Assembly (NCBI GenBank): GCA_965223295.1
Contig: CBDCWC010000003.1
Span: forward strand, 1,376,001 to 1,440,000
From: Nitrospirales bacterium
GTDB taxonomy: Bacteria; Nitrospirota; Nitrospiria; Nitrospirales; UBA8639
Length of the DNA stretch: 64,000 nt
Direction: 5' to 3'
Under the pieces are notes generated by a model that was given only the letters and a program-made list of their open reading frames with translations, made no database searches and was not told where the DNA came from. Numbering within the stretch: position 1 is the first letter of the stretch; every line of letters starts with the position of its first letter. The position numbers and the translations under genes are program-made. Below, in pieces: positions 39,037 to 48,611 of the stretch.

Positions 39037-39807
39037 CTGCCTTCTTCGCAAAAAAACCGTAGCCCGATCATTGGGGTGACCCCGGATTTTAATGCCGGCA
39101 ACCGAAAAGATATGGGGGGAAAAGAACCCACATATTTTTTACGAGCCCGGTATATTCAAGCCATTCAAGAATCAGGGGGTATGCCGTTCGTGCTTCCCCT
39201 GGTCACAGGTCGTGCTCAACAAACATTTCTTTTACAACAGCTAGATGGATTACTCGTGACGGGAAGTGGGTCGGACCTGGATCCTCGATTCTACCGAGAG
39301 CAGCAGGAATATCCCTTTCAGCAAATGAGTGAAGAACGGGCTCAGTTAGAGCTAGGGCTTTCAAAATTGGCCTTTGAACAGCAAGTGCCAACTTTAGGGA
39401 TTTGCGGAGGTATGCAATCGATGAATGTGGCCTTAGGTGGGACATTGATTCAGGATATTCCTTCGCAGATTGCTACCAGGATTCAGCATTTACAAAAGAT
39501 TTCCGCGACTAATACCGTGCATCTGGTGAAGATTGCCCCCAAGTCTTTGCTGCGGCGGATTGTCAAGAAATCCGATATCTCCGTCAATAGTTCCCATCAT
39601 CAATCAGTCAAAGCGGTCCCCTCTTTCTTTCAAATTAGTGCCAGAGCTCGGGACGGAGTCATTGAGGCTATCGAAGCTGAGCATCATCCTTTTTGGCTTG
39701 GGGTGCAATGGCACCCAGAATTTTTGTATCGAAAAGATGTTCTTCAACAACGGCTCTTTTCGGCCTTAATTAAGGCGGCCCGCCAGTATGTCCACCAGTT
39801 GGTGTGA
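39037..39807 (+). CDS. Gamma-glutamyl-gamma-aminobutyrate hydrolase-like (peptidase C26/PuuD); probable CTG start
   Basis: LDGLLVTG, LGICGGMQ, VNSSHHQ, GVQWHPE; the conserved PIIGVT strand begins upstream of the first GTG. Confidence 0.85.
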   Translation: MPSSQKNRSPIIGVTPDFNAGNRKDMGGKEPTYFLRARYIQAIQESGGMPFVLPLVTGRAQQTFLLQQLDGLLVTGSGSDLDPRFYREQQEYPFQQMSEERAQLELGLSKLAFEQQVPTLGICGGMQSMNVALGGTLIQDIPSQIATRIQHLQKISATNTVHLVKIAPKSLLRRIVKKSDISVNSSHHQSVKAVPSFFQISARARDGVIEAIEAEHHPFWLGVQWHPEFLYRKDVLQQRLFSALIKAARQYVHQLV

Positions 39808-39869
39808 GATATCTTGGTACACCCCTCCGCAGTTCTCAGCGGTACAAATATCTGGATAAGAGAGTAATA

Positions 39870-40289
39870 TTAGGAGGAAGTTTGAGTCTCTTGTGGGGCG
39901 GCCTTGGCGGCGTTTTCCGGGCCTGCGTCCTTTGAATCCTTTGGGGCTGGAGAGGGTTTGCTTGCAGAATCGGGGGTAGCTGGTTTTGCGTCTGGCTTTG
40001 GAGCGGCAGGTTTCGGTGGAGGTTTAGGTTTTTCTGGCTTAATTCCACCCTCCCAGTGTGGACCTGTGTACATTTCTTGGGCTAACCCGGCCTCTTTCCA
40101 TTTGTTTTCAAAATCGGCCGCCGCACGATTCGGAGTATCGCCGATTCCAACAGTACGATTCCATGGATATATGCGCGGAGCAATCTGGCAAATCGAGCCA
40201 TCTTGACGCATATAGAGAGCAATGGGGTTGCCTCGATAGGGTCCGAAAACAATATGTACAGTTCCGACTAGTTCAGGAAGGGTGTCCAC
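39870..40289 (-). CDS. Hypothetical protein with Pro/Lys/Ala-rich tail
   Basis: ORF with globular N-terminal part and low-complexity C-terminus; start uncertain. Confidence 0.55.
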   Translation of the reverse strand: MDTLPELVGTVHIVFGPYRGNPIALYMRQDGSICQIAPRIYPWNRTVGIGDTPNRAAADFENKWKEAGLAQEMYTGPHWEGGIKPEKPKPPPKPAAPKPDAKPATPDSASKPSPAPKDSKDAGPENAAKAAPQETQTSS

Positions 40290-40446
40290 GATGTCATCTC
40301 TGTCTCGATGCCGAATAAAATGGGGAACAATAGTGCCATAGCGTTTCGTGGAGCGCAAGGTAGCGGAGAAGAGAAAATGCTCATGATTGCAAGCGGGACT
40401 GTTTGTTGGCGAAACAGAACTCACTGACGAGCGGGGGAAGAACCTG

Positions 40447-40926
40447 TTATTTGGTCAATAACGGTTCAGCTGTCGATTCAGTCTTTTTCAACAGATATAA
40501 CGCAACCATCAGTACGAGAATGACGATAACATGCAATCCCATATCCATTAAGTAATGGCGGAAGACTTCTTCAGGGACATTTTCTTGATGAGAAAATTCG
40601 GCTCCGGCAGTTAGGATACGTCGAACTGAAGCGATGATTCCCACATGCAAAAAAGGTTCAAGCCGAATGCGATCAGACTGTAAAAACCCTAAGACCGTCC
40701 GAAATAATTCTAAAAGGATAATGACAAAGAGCAAATCATTGAGCAACGTAATCGTGGCAGGCAAAAAGGCTTGATTCACGTGTTGTGCGTAGGCATACCA
40801 GCTGTACCCAAAAACCAGCATACCGACAATGAGAAAACTCAAGCAGGCGGTGATATAGCCCCACCGATCCAGAAACTGCATCCACTTGACCCATTGCTTA
40901 ATGGATTCTGGCGTCCAACCCAACAT
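40447..40926 (-). CDS. PsiE-like (phosphate-starvation-inducible) membrane protein
   Basis: LLFVIILLELFRTV, EPFLHVGIIASVRRIL. Confidence 0.8.
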   Translation of the reverse strand: MLGWTPESIKQWVKWMQFLDRWGYITACLSFLIVGMLVFGYSWYAYAQHVNQAFLPATITLLNDLLFVIILLELFRTVLGFLQSDRIRLEPFLHVGIIASVRRILTAGAEFSHQENVPEEVFRHYLMDMGLHVIVILVLMVALYLLKKTESTAEPLLTK

Positions 40927-40940
40927 GATATAAAACTTCC

Positions 40941-41342
40941 TTATGCCGTTCCTTGGTGTGGGGTATTGGGTGTGGCTTCGGGGTTTTGCTCTTCATTTCG
41001 CACCTGCCCAAATTTCAAGTCTTGCATCCCACGGGTTCCAATTGAATGCCCACAGCACATCACTTTTTGAAACCCTTCTCCGCCTCCCATGACCATAAGC
41101 CGAAGACCACACGAATCTGTGGACACCCGATTTTCATCAAGAGTCATGCCGATGACTAACGGACCTTTTTTACGGCCTCGACCTTGGTTGAGTGAGGGGA
41201 CGACGTCTTCTTCCGTTAATTCGTGCCCACAACAAATGATTTTTTCAAACCCTTCCCCGCCGTGCATCACCTTTAGGACTAATCCGCACGAATCAGGATA
41301 CCGCTTATGTTCATCAATGATATCACCCTTTTTTAAGGCCAT
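40941..41342 (-). CDS. Tandem desulforedoxin-like small metal-binding protein
   Basis: Two internal repeats DSCGL.L.VM.GGEGF.K..CCGH; AAGGAG RBS. Confidence 0.6.
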   Translation of the reverse strand: MALKKGDIIDEHKRYPDSCGLVLKVMHGGEGFEKIICCGHELTEEDVVPSLNQGRGRKKGPLVIGMTLDENRVSTDSCGLRLMVMGGGEGFQKVMCCGHSIGTRGMQDLKFGQVRNEEQNPEATPNTPHQGTA

Positions 41343-41500
41343 GGCTCTCTCCTTTTTATGAATGAAAAAAGCTTTGGAATATTAATTGTTCTACACGCGC
41401 AAATAGACTTCGAGGTCATAAAGAAAAAGTGTCGAAAGGTAGCTAAACAAATTGCCAAGCACAATGTCCAGAAATGTAAGAGGTCCTCCACGCGAGGGAG

Positions 41501-42592
41501 CTAGGTGAGAGGATCCGATTGGTTCACAATGCTGGCCAGAACATCCTGATGGGAATGGATGCCGACGATATTCGAGAGCGTAGAAAGATCAATCGGATGA
41601 TAGGGATACACAAATTGCTGTTTTACTGTCCGAATTCTGGCCAAGCTAGCTTCGATCTGAGCTTTCTCTAGTTGTTGGGAGGCGATCGCGTGGCGTAGGG
41701 CCTGAAAGGTGTCCGTGGCGAGCATTCGGCTTTTGCAAACTAACAACATATCGGCACCGGCTTGTAATGAACGAATGGCGGCGTCACCTATTGCAGCATG
41801 GTCTAAAATGGCACGCATCTCCAAATCATCACTCAGGATCACACCTGCAAAACCTAAGTCCTGGCGAAGCATTCCTGATAAAATTGTCGAAGAAAGCGTG
41901 GCTGGATGAGTAGGATCAAGGGCCGGGTAGTAAACGTGCGCAGTCATCATGGCTTGAAGCCCATGTCGAATGGCATGGTGAAAGGGTTGGAGTTCTATTT
42001 CTTCTAGCCGTTGACGAGAAGCATGTACGGTGGGAAGTTCCAGATGTGAGTCTGTACTAGTATCGCCATGCCCGGGAAAATGTTTCCCGCAGGCCAAGAC
42101 CCGATGATCTTGAAGCCCGGCAATTGTCGCAGCGCCCATCCGACACACCTGCTCTGGTTCGGTGCCAAAGGCACGATTGCCAATAATGGGATTAGCCGGA
42201 TTGGTATGAATATCCAGTACAGGAGCCATATTCATGTTGATGCCCACGCTACGTAACTCTTTTGCGGTGACAGCGGCCGCTTGGTACGCCAGCTCGGTTG
42301 ATCCGGAATGGGCTACAGTGGCAGCTGGAGGGAAAATCGTAAAATCGGACGGTAGACGTGAGACCCGTCCTCCTTCTTGATCAATGGCGATAAGAAGGGA
42401 ACTTTCATTTGCGATTGCCTGTAGATCGTTGGTCAGCTTGGCAATTTGTTCCGCGTTCACCAAATTACGAGCAAACAAGATCACACCACCTGGGCGGTGT
42501 TCTTGCATCCAGGTTCGAAGATCCGGAGTGACCTCCGTCCCTTCGAACCCGATCATACACAATTGGCCTATGCGGTCTGTGAGGTTCACCAA
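41501..42592 (-). CDS. nagZ: Beta-N-acetylhexosaminidase (GH3)
   Basis: IDQEGGRV, KHFPGHGDTSTDSH, SDDLEM. Confidence 0.93.
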   Translation of the reverse strand: MVNLTDRIGQLCMIGFEGTEVTPDLRTWMQEHRPGGVILFARNLVNAEQIAKLTNDLQAIANESSLLIAIDQEGGRVSRLPSDFTIFPPAATVAHSGSTELAYQAAAVTAKELRSVGINMNMAPVLDIHTNPANPIIGNRAFGTEPEQVCRMGAATIAGLQDHRVLACGKHFPGHGDTSTDSHLELPTVHASRQRLEEIELQPFHHAIRHGLQAMMTAHVYYPALDPTHPATLSSTILSGMLRQDLGFAGVILSDDLEMRAILDHAAIGDAAIRSLQAGADMLLVCKSRMLATDTFQALRHAIASQQLEKAQIEASLARIRTVKQQFVYPYHPIDLSTLSNIVGIHSHQDVLASIVNQSDPLT

Positions 42593-42602
42593 AAGCTGAT
42601 AG

Positions 42603-44111
42603 CTAAGATTTAGCTGCGCGATTGATCAAATACTGAATCAGTAATCGAGTTCCTGTTCCGGTTGGACCTTTTGAAATGCAGGGACGTTCCGCAGCACTCC
42701 AATCTGTGCTGGCGATGTCTAAATGCACCCATGGATGATCGCCAACGAATTTGCTCAAAAACATAGCGGCAGTAATCATGCCGCCTCCGCGTCCGCCGAT
42801 ATTGCGCATATCCGCCACGTCGCTTTTTAATTGCTCAAAATATTCATCCCATAACGGCATTTCCCACACGCGTTCTCCCGAATCATTGCCCGCCTTTCTC
42901 ATGGCGTTCTTCAACGCATCATTGTTACCTAACATGCCGATGGCATGGGCCCCTAATGCCACAATAGCCGCACCGGTTAATGTGGCGATATCAATCACAC
43001 AAGCGGGTTTCAGACGAGTGGCATAGGCTAATCCATCGGCCAAAATCAGTCGTCCTTCGGCGTCCGTATTTTGTATTTCCACCGTTTTTCCAGAAAGCAT
43101 CGTGTGGACATCGCCAGGTTTCGTGGCTCGTCCTCCTGGCATATTTTCGGTCACAGGAAGCAGGCTGATGACATTCATGGGAAGTTTCAAGCGAGAGGCC
43201 GACCGGATAGCGGCCAAGACTTCAGCTCCTCCGGTCATATCGGCTTTCATGTGGTCCATATTTTCCGACGGCTTCAGGGATATGCCGCCAGAATCAAAGG
43301 TCACGGTTTTCCCAACCAAGACCACTGGGCGTTGAGATTTTGGGCCGCCGGAATATTCCAAAATAATAAAATGCGGTGGTTCAATACTGCCCTGGGCGAC
43401 ACCTAACAAACCTCCCATGCCAAGCTTTTTCATCTGTTGGCGATCTAACACTTTCAACCGAATCTTTGATTCCTTTGCAATGGCCTTGGCTTCGGCTACT
43501 ACGCGCGAGGGTTTCATAATATTAGCGGGATGATTGCAGAGGTCTCTGACAAAGCACGTGGCCTCTCCCAGAATATGCCCTCGCTTAGCCCCTGCCGTGA
43601 TTTTGGGTTGGTCGGCTGAGGTTTGCGCCAGCAATGTGCATGACTGCAACGTCTTCCGGTCTTCAACATGATCGGTGTAGTAGTAGGTAAATCGATAATC
43701 CCCCAGAACGGCTCCTTCAGCCATGGCTTGGGCAACTTCATCGAGACGTCCTGTGGTTTTGGGCACATCAGGTATGATGCAGGCCACGCCCTTAGCTTTG
43801 ACTTGACGAGCCTGTTTCACCGCAGTGCCCATGGCTTGTCTCACTCGCTCCAGCGTGACGGTGTCTCGTGTTCCAAGCCCGACCAGCAGGACTCGTTTAG
43901 CCGGGATCTTGCCATGAGTATGAACCAAAGTCGTTTGATTAGGCTTTCCGGAAAATTCAGCATTTTTTCGAAGGTCGCTCAGTTGTCTGCCTAACTTTTT
44001 GTCGAGTGGTGCAAGGGCTTTGCTCCAAGATTTTTCTTTTTCATAGCTGAGACAAACCAACAGGTCTGTCGCCATGGTGGTAGCTTGACTACGCTTGACT
44101 AGAATATTCAT
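42603..44111 (-). CDS. pepA: Leucyl aminopeptidase (M17)
   Basis: FDSGGISLKP, MKADM, NTDAEGRL. Confidence 0.95.
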   Translation of the reverse strand: MNILVKRSQATTMATDLLVCLSYEKEKSWSKALAPLDKKLGRQLSDLRKNAEFSGKPNQTTLVHTHGKIPAKRVLLVGLGTRDTVTLERVRQAMGTAVKQARQVKAKGVACIIPDVPKTTGRLDEVAQAMAEGAVLGDYRFTYYYTDHVEDRKTLQSCTLLAQTSADQPKITAGAKRGHILGEATCFVRDLCNHPANIMKPSRVVAEAKAIAKESKIRLKVLDRQQMKKLGMGGLLGVAQGSIEPPHFIILEYSGGPKSQRPVVLVGKTVTFDSGGISLKPSENMDHMKADMTGGAEVLAAIRSASRLKLPMNVISLLPVTENMPGGRATKPGDVHTMLSGKTVEIQNTDAEGRLILADGLAYATRLKPACVIDIATLTGAAIVALGAHAIGMLGNNDALKNAMRKAGNDSGERVWEMPLWDEYFEQLKSDVADMRNIGGRGGGMITAAMFLSKFVGDHPWVHLDIASTDWSAAERPCISKGPTGTGTRLLIQYLINRAAKS

Positions 44112-44129
44112 AGGCCTCCTTCACATGAT

Positions 44130-44270
44130 GGGCACCTCTAAAAACTGTCCTTTTTCCCGATGGCGGCGTCAGCGGCGTGCTCAAAGCCTCATGTATTTCC
44201 ATATACACTGCGGTGTTCCGCGTGCCGCTTCCTTGCTCTCAGAAAAAAACACCAGTTTTTAGAGGTGCCC
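44130..44270. mobile_element. MITE of a second family (141 bp)
   Basis: Perfect 18 bp TIRs GGGCACCTCTAAAAACTG / CAGTTTTTAGAGGTGCCC, no coding capacity. Confidence 0.8.
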
Positions 44271-44324
44271 ATAAGACAATAAAGGTTCTTGAACAGATGG
44301 TGAACAGTAGATTGGAAAAGTATT

Positions 44325-44972
44325 TTACACGCCTCGGGTTTGAGGGTCCCATATCATTTTATGTAGTTGCATTTGAAGTCGAACAGGAAGTCGATCCGCT
44401 AAGATCCATTCAGCTAAGGGTTGCAAGTCCAGAGAGCCAAAGACTGGGCTAAACAGGACTGTGCATCGACTGCTCAGGCCGTATTGTTTGAGAATGTCTT
44501 TGGCCCAGTCATAATCCTCCCGATTGTTCAGCACAAATTTTACTTCGTCCTTCGGTGAGAGGTGTGCCATATTTTCCCACCTTATGCGATCAGTCATCTC
44601 GCTGCCGGGGCATTTGACGTCCATAATAATGGAAACGCGAGGATCAATGGCAGAAATATCAAAGGCACCGCTGGTTTCAATCATGACCTGATGCCCGGCA
44701 TCACATAACTTCTGTAACAATACCAGAGCTTCCGGCTGATGCAATGGCTCGCCACCAGTCACTTCTACCAGCGGGCAATTGTACGATTGCACGCGGTCTA
44801 AGATGGAGTCTAAATGCATTGAGTTGCCGCCATGAAAGGCATATTCGGTATCACACCAGGTGCAGCGAAGAGGACAGCCCGTCAACCGGACAAACACACA
44901 GGGTTGTCCCACTCGGGTGGACTCGCCTTGAATGCTATGAAAAATTTCCGTGATTTGTAACGTCTGCGACAT
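44325..44972 (-). CDS. queE: 7-carboxy-7-deazaguanine synthase (radical SAM)
   Basis: EIFHSIQGE, GCPLRCTWCDT, TGGEP, QLHK. Confidence 0.9.
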   Translation of the reverse strand: MSQTLQITEIFHSIQGESTRVGQPCVFVRLTGCPLRCTWCDTEYAFHGGNSMHLDSILDRVQSYNCPLVEVTGGEPLHQPEALVLLQKLCDAGHQVMIETSGAFDISAIDPRVSIIMDVKCPGSEMTDRIRWENMAHLSPKDEVKFVLNNREDYDWAKDILKQYGLSSRCTVLFSPVFGSLDLQPLAEWILADRLPVRLQMQLHKMIWDPQTRGV

Positions 44973-45068
44973 GAGTTTCACAGAGAATACTTGAAAGCGT
45001 GACTTGGTTTTCTATTGAATTTCTCTACCGTAGAGGAAGGGAACTCAATGAACTGGGAGTGCAAAGGA

Positions 45069-45764
45069 CTACGCCCATTGAGTGATGGGCCAACCCTGCT
45101 CCCTCGCAATACGCGCCATGCCGCGGATCGGATTCACCACAAAAGGATGGCCAACTAATTTCAAGGCTTCAACATCACCAGGGCTATCCCCATAGGCATA
45201 GCTTCGACTCAGGTCCAAATTATACTGTGCTGCCAACCGTTCAATATACCGAACTTTCCCTTCTCCGTAAGGCAGTGGAGCAAAAACTCGGCCAGTGTAG
45301 ATTCCAGAATCCGTTTCCAACTTGGCGCCAAAAAACAACGACACTCCCAATTTCTCCGCTAACGGTTTGACCAAGCATTCTGGAGATCCACTGACAACGG
45401 CGACCACATGTCCTGCCCGTCTGTGGTACGAAAGTTTCCCCAACGCCCGCGCAGCCACCCGAGGCCAGACAAATAACTCGACATAGTCTTGAGCCGATTG
45501 TTCAATGCGGCTCACTTCCTGTTCAATAAGATACCGTTTGTTTCGCCTGAGCGGACTGAGTGAAAGGGGCGGCATGTGCTGGAAAGCATAGCGGATACTA
45601 TTCCGTAACTCTGGCCAGCCGACTATGCCGTCCTGCCACAAATATCGGAAAAACCCAATTTCAATGGAAGGTCCGGGAACCAGCGTATTATCCATATCAA
45701 AAAATGCGCCAACCCAATGTTGGGATTGCGCCAATGGGGCTGGTGAGGAAGAAGAGGTGTTCAT
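45069..45764 (-). CDS. HAD-IB family hydrolase
   Basis: FFDMDNTL, VSGS, GEGK, YGDSPGD. Confidence 0.88.
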   Translation of the reverse strand: MNTSSSSPAPLAQSQHWVGAFFDMDNTLVPGPSIEIGFFRYLWQDGIVGWPELRNSIRYAFQHMPPLSLSPLRRNKRYLIEQEVSRIEQSAQDYVELFVWPRVAARALGKLSYHRRAGHVVAVVSGSPECLVKPLAEKLGVSLFFGAKLETDSGIYTGRVFAPLPYGEGKVRYIERLAAQYNLDLSRSYAYGDSPGDVEALKLVGHPFVVNPIRGMARIAREQGWPITQWA

Positions 45765-45834
45765 ATGAGAGATGCGAATGAACAAGAACGCATTTCTGAT
45801 GGGTTGAAAGCGATTCTACCCGTCATTCTATGCG

Positions 45835-45863
45835 TTGACAAGGACTGCAGGAGGTTTCATAAT
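45835..45863 (+). promoter_or_regulatory. sigma70 promoter of tRNA-Leu
   Basis: TTGACA-17 bp-CATAAT ending 13 bp before the tRNA. Confidence 0.75.
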
Positions 45864-45876
45864 CGAAGAATTGAGT

Positions 45877-45962
45877 GCCGAAGTGGTGGAATGGCAGACA
45901 CGCACGTTTGAGGGGCGTGTGGGGGTTTCCCCATGCGGGTTCAAGTCCCGCCTTCGGCACCA
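45877..45962 (+). tRNA. tRNA-Leu(GAG)
   Basis: GCCGAAG/CTTCGGC acceptor stem, anticodon loop TTGAGGG, long variable arm, GGTTCAAGTCC T-arm, encoded CCA. Confidence 0.96.
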
Positions 45963-46146
45963 ATCTCCTACCTACCTCAACATCGGTTCTAACTCAAGAA
46001 GTATCGACAACAGCAAAAAGAGGGAGACTTGAACAGGGGGTTTTGAAGGGGGTGTTCCCCCTTCATGGGGTGACCGAAGCTTTGCAGAGGCACGAGGGGG
46101 CATGGCCCCTTAGTGGGAGCAGGAGCCAGGTTTCCGCTCCTGCGAC

Positions 46147-46184
46147 TTCAAATCCCGCCTTCGGCACCAATCTCCTACCTACCT
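46147..46184 (+). repeat. Direct repeat of the tRNA-Leu 3' end and trailer
   Basis: 37/38 identical to 45940-45977 (TTCAARTCCCGCCTTCGGCACCAATCTCCTACCTACCT). Confidence 0.9.
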
Positions 46185-46612
46185 TATCCCTTAACAACTA
46201 TCTTCGTTTTTTGGAGGAATCATAACCACGGTAAAAAGCGGGACCTAAGTCTGGGGTTCTGAAGGGGGAATGGCCCACTCGGATACAGGAGGGAAGCATC
46301 TACTCTTGCCTCTCAGAGTCCTGTCAGTGGCATGTATTTCTTAAAGTTTTCGCAGTGAATTTTTCAGAAATAAAAATTCTTCCTAGTTGCTCTTCAAATT
46401 CGTCAAGATTCTTAATACATTGAAATAGGCAGATTCTTGGTTGTTTTGGGACGAACAAATCTTATCCGTGTTCGAGGCTTATTATTATTCCCTGATTCCT
46501 GACCCTCACTCTAACCTTGTCCTCTCTTCGAGGCCAAGCTCTGAGAGAGAGTTTAATGGGGTCTTAGTTGAACGTGAAAATACTAAAGAGCCGTTAGCAA
46601 GGAGATGACAGA

Positions 46613-48604
46613 GTGAGAACTGTAGAAGGACAGGTGGTGAGAAGGATTACGGTGATCGTGATATTTGCCTGGTTATGTGGTTTGGGACCGTTTGTTTGTG
46701 CCGGAGTCTTTGCGGCTGAACCTGTTGAGGAATCGATTTTATTGCCTTCCGATGATTTGGATTCTGCTGAGGAACATTTGCGGTTGGGCGTAGATTTTTT
46801 TCTGACGGATGAATTGGATGTGGCGATTGATGAGTTTCGGGAGGCTTCCCGTCTCAGCCCGGATTATGCCGACGCGTACCATAATTTGGGAGTGGCATTC
46901 GCCAAAACGGGAGATCTGACTGGTGCGATCAAGGCCTGGACTGAAGCAGAACGATTAGACCCATCGGTCGTATCATTACGATACTCCCTTCCGGCCTTGG
47001 TGGCGTACAACTATGGGGTATCGTTGATTGGGTCGGGGAAGCCTGTTGAGGCGATGAAAGAATGGCAGGCAGCTCTTCACATACAGCCAAATTTTCCCGA
47101 AGCCCATTACGCGTTGGGGTTAGGTTTTTTGGCAGTGAAGAACCCCACTGTGGCCTTAGGCCATTTCCAGACAGCACTTTCCTTTGTGTCGGATTGGACG
47201 CAGGCTCAGATCGCGTTGGGACAGGCTCATTATGAATCTCATGAATATGACCAGGCGCGTGCAGCTTGGCTGAAGGCGTTGGCGTCTCATCCGGATGATG
47301 CGCCCATCTATGCCAATCTCGGACATCTGGCGATACAAGAAGGGAATTATCAAGAAGGCATTGACGCGGTTCGCCGTGCGATTGCACTTCAGGACGATCT
47401 GGTAACTGCGCATTTCAATTTAGGTGTGGCCTTGTTGGCCAAGGGTGACCTGCAACCTAGCGTGGAGGTTTTCAATCATGTGCTGGATTTAGATGCCAAT
47501 GCCACGTCTGCGCGATTGTTCGTGGGTGTCGCGTGGAGCCGTTTGGGTAACTGGGCAGAGGCTGCGCATCAATGGCGAAAAGCTTTGCAGCAAGATCCCT
47601 TTGGGTCACATGCGTTTTGGCTTCATCATAATTTGGGCTTGGCCCTTACGGCCATGGGTCATTTCTCAGATGCGACAAAGGAATTTCAATGGGTGGTAGG
47701 ACAACGTCCGGAATGGGCTGAAGGATGGTCCCAATTTGGTGTCTCACTCATGTCCGAGGGGCGGTGGGGCGAAGCCGTGTCGGCGTTGAACACAGCGACT
47801 CAATTGCAGCCCCATTGGGCTCATCTTCATTTCACTTTGGGAAAAGCGCTGACAGAGCAGGGAGAGTTGGGGTCAGCAATTCAGTCGTTCCGTGAAGCGG
47901 TCCGGATTGATCCACATTTTGTGGATGGGCTATTTCACTTAGGAATTGTGCTGCGGACGCAAAATCAGTTGAGGGAAGCCGTTGAGCCGCTTCGTCAGGC
48001 CGCCGAGGAAGGGTCGCGGGAAGCCCAGGGGTTGCTTGCATCTATGTATATGAATGGTAGTGGAATTGATCGCAATGTGCCGCTGGCGATGTTGTGGTGG
48101 TCTCGATGTAGTCGCGGGGCGATTGATGACGTGATTACTCGAACAGCTAGAAATCAATTGGGCCAATTGCGCCGGAGACTCCACCGGCAACAATTTTCCC
48201 AGACCAAGCAACAGGATGTGCAGACCGGATTTGCCTTGGTGCGGCAGGATTTGGCCAGTCAAGCACCAGTTCAAATAGGGAAAACATCGGAGCCAGAACA
48301 CCCATTCGTTGGAAATCCAAAGGTCTCCCCTACAATTCTTCTTCAGTGGATGATTGAACGAGCCCTGGCGTTGGATGCCGAAGCTCAGGATACCTTACGG
48401 CAGTGGTTTGTCGATGGAGTCGTTGACTCTTTCCCTTTGCAGCGGGCGACTCTTCAAGAATATTGGCTGCGTGCGGCAAAAGAAGGAGATCGGAACGGTT
48501 GTGAAGTACTCGAAATGATAACATCAAGAAAAAAGTTCACCGAGGTACGTCAGGCTTGTCAGGTGATCCGTCAAGAACATTGGCGTGAGGTTCAGAAAAA
48601 ATGA
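46613..48604 (+). CDS. Exported TPR-repeat protein with Sel1-like repeat
   Basis: Signal peptide, many A(H/Y).NLG TPR units, AQGLLASMYMNGSGIDRN. Confidence 0.85.
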   Translation: MRTVEGQVVRRITVIVIFAWLCGLGPFVCAGVFAAEPVEESILLPSDDLDSAEEHLRLGVDFFLTDELDVAIDEFREASRLSPDYADAYHNLGVAFAKTGDLTGAIKAWTEAERLDPSVVSLRYSLPALVAYNYGVSLIGSGKPVEAMKEWQAALHIQPNFPEAHYALGLGFLAVKNPTVALGHFQTALSFVSDWTQAQIALGQAHYESHEYDQARAAWLKALASHPDDAPIYANLGHLAIQEGNYQEGIDAVRRAIALQDDLVTAHFNLGVALLAKGDLQPSVEVFNHVLDLDANATSARLFVGVAWSRLGNWAEAAHQWRKALQQDPFGSHAFWLHHNLGLALTAMGHFSDATKEFQWVVGQRPEWAEGWSQFGVSLMSEGRWGEAVSALNTATQLQPHWAHLHFTLGKALTEQGELGSAIQSFREAVRIDPHFVDGLFHLGIVLRTQNQLREAVEPLRQAAEEGSREAQGLLASMYMNGSGIDRNVPLAMLWWSRCSRGAIDDVITRTARNQLGQLRRRLHRQQFSQTKQQDVQTGFALVRQDLASQAPVQIGKTSEPEHPFVGNPKVSPTILLQWMIERALALDAEAQDTLRQWFVDGVVDSFPLQRATLQEYWLRAAKEGDRNGCEVLEMITSRKKFTEVRQACQVIRQEHWREVQKK

Positions 48605-48611
48605 GGAAGAG

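Noticed and set aside
45875-46225. 116 aa ORF with an internal peptide repeat
   Set aside because: It is a translation of the tRNA and its duplicated 3' end
45877-46600. Prophage or genomic island at tRNA-Leu
   Set aside because: The att-like repeats are only 207 bp apart, and no integrase or phage genes are nearby
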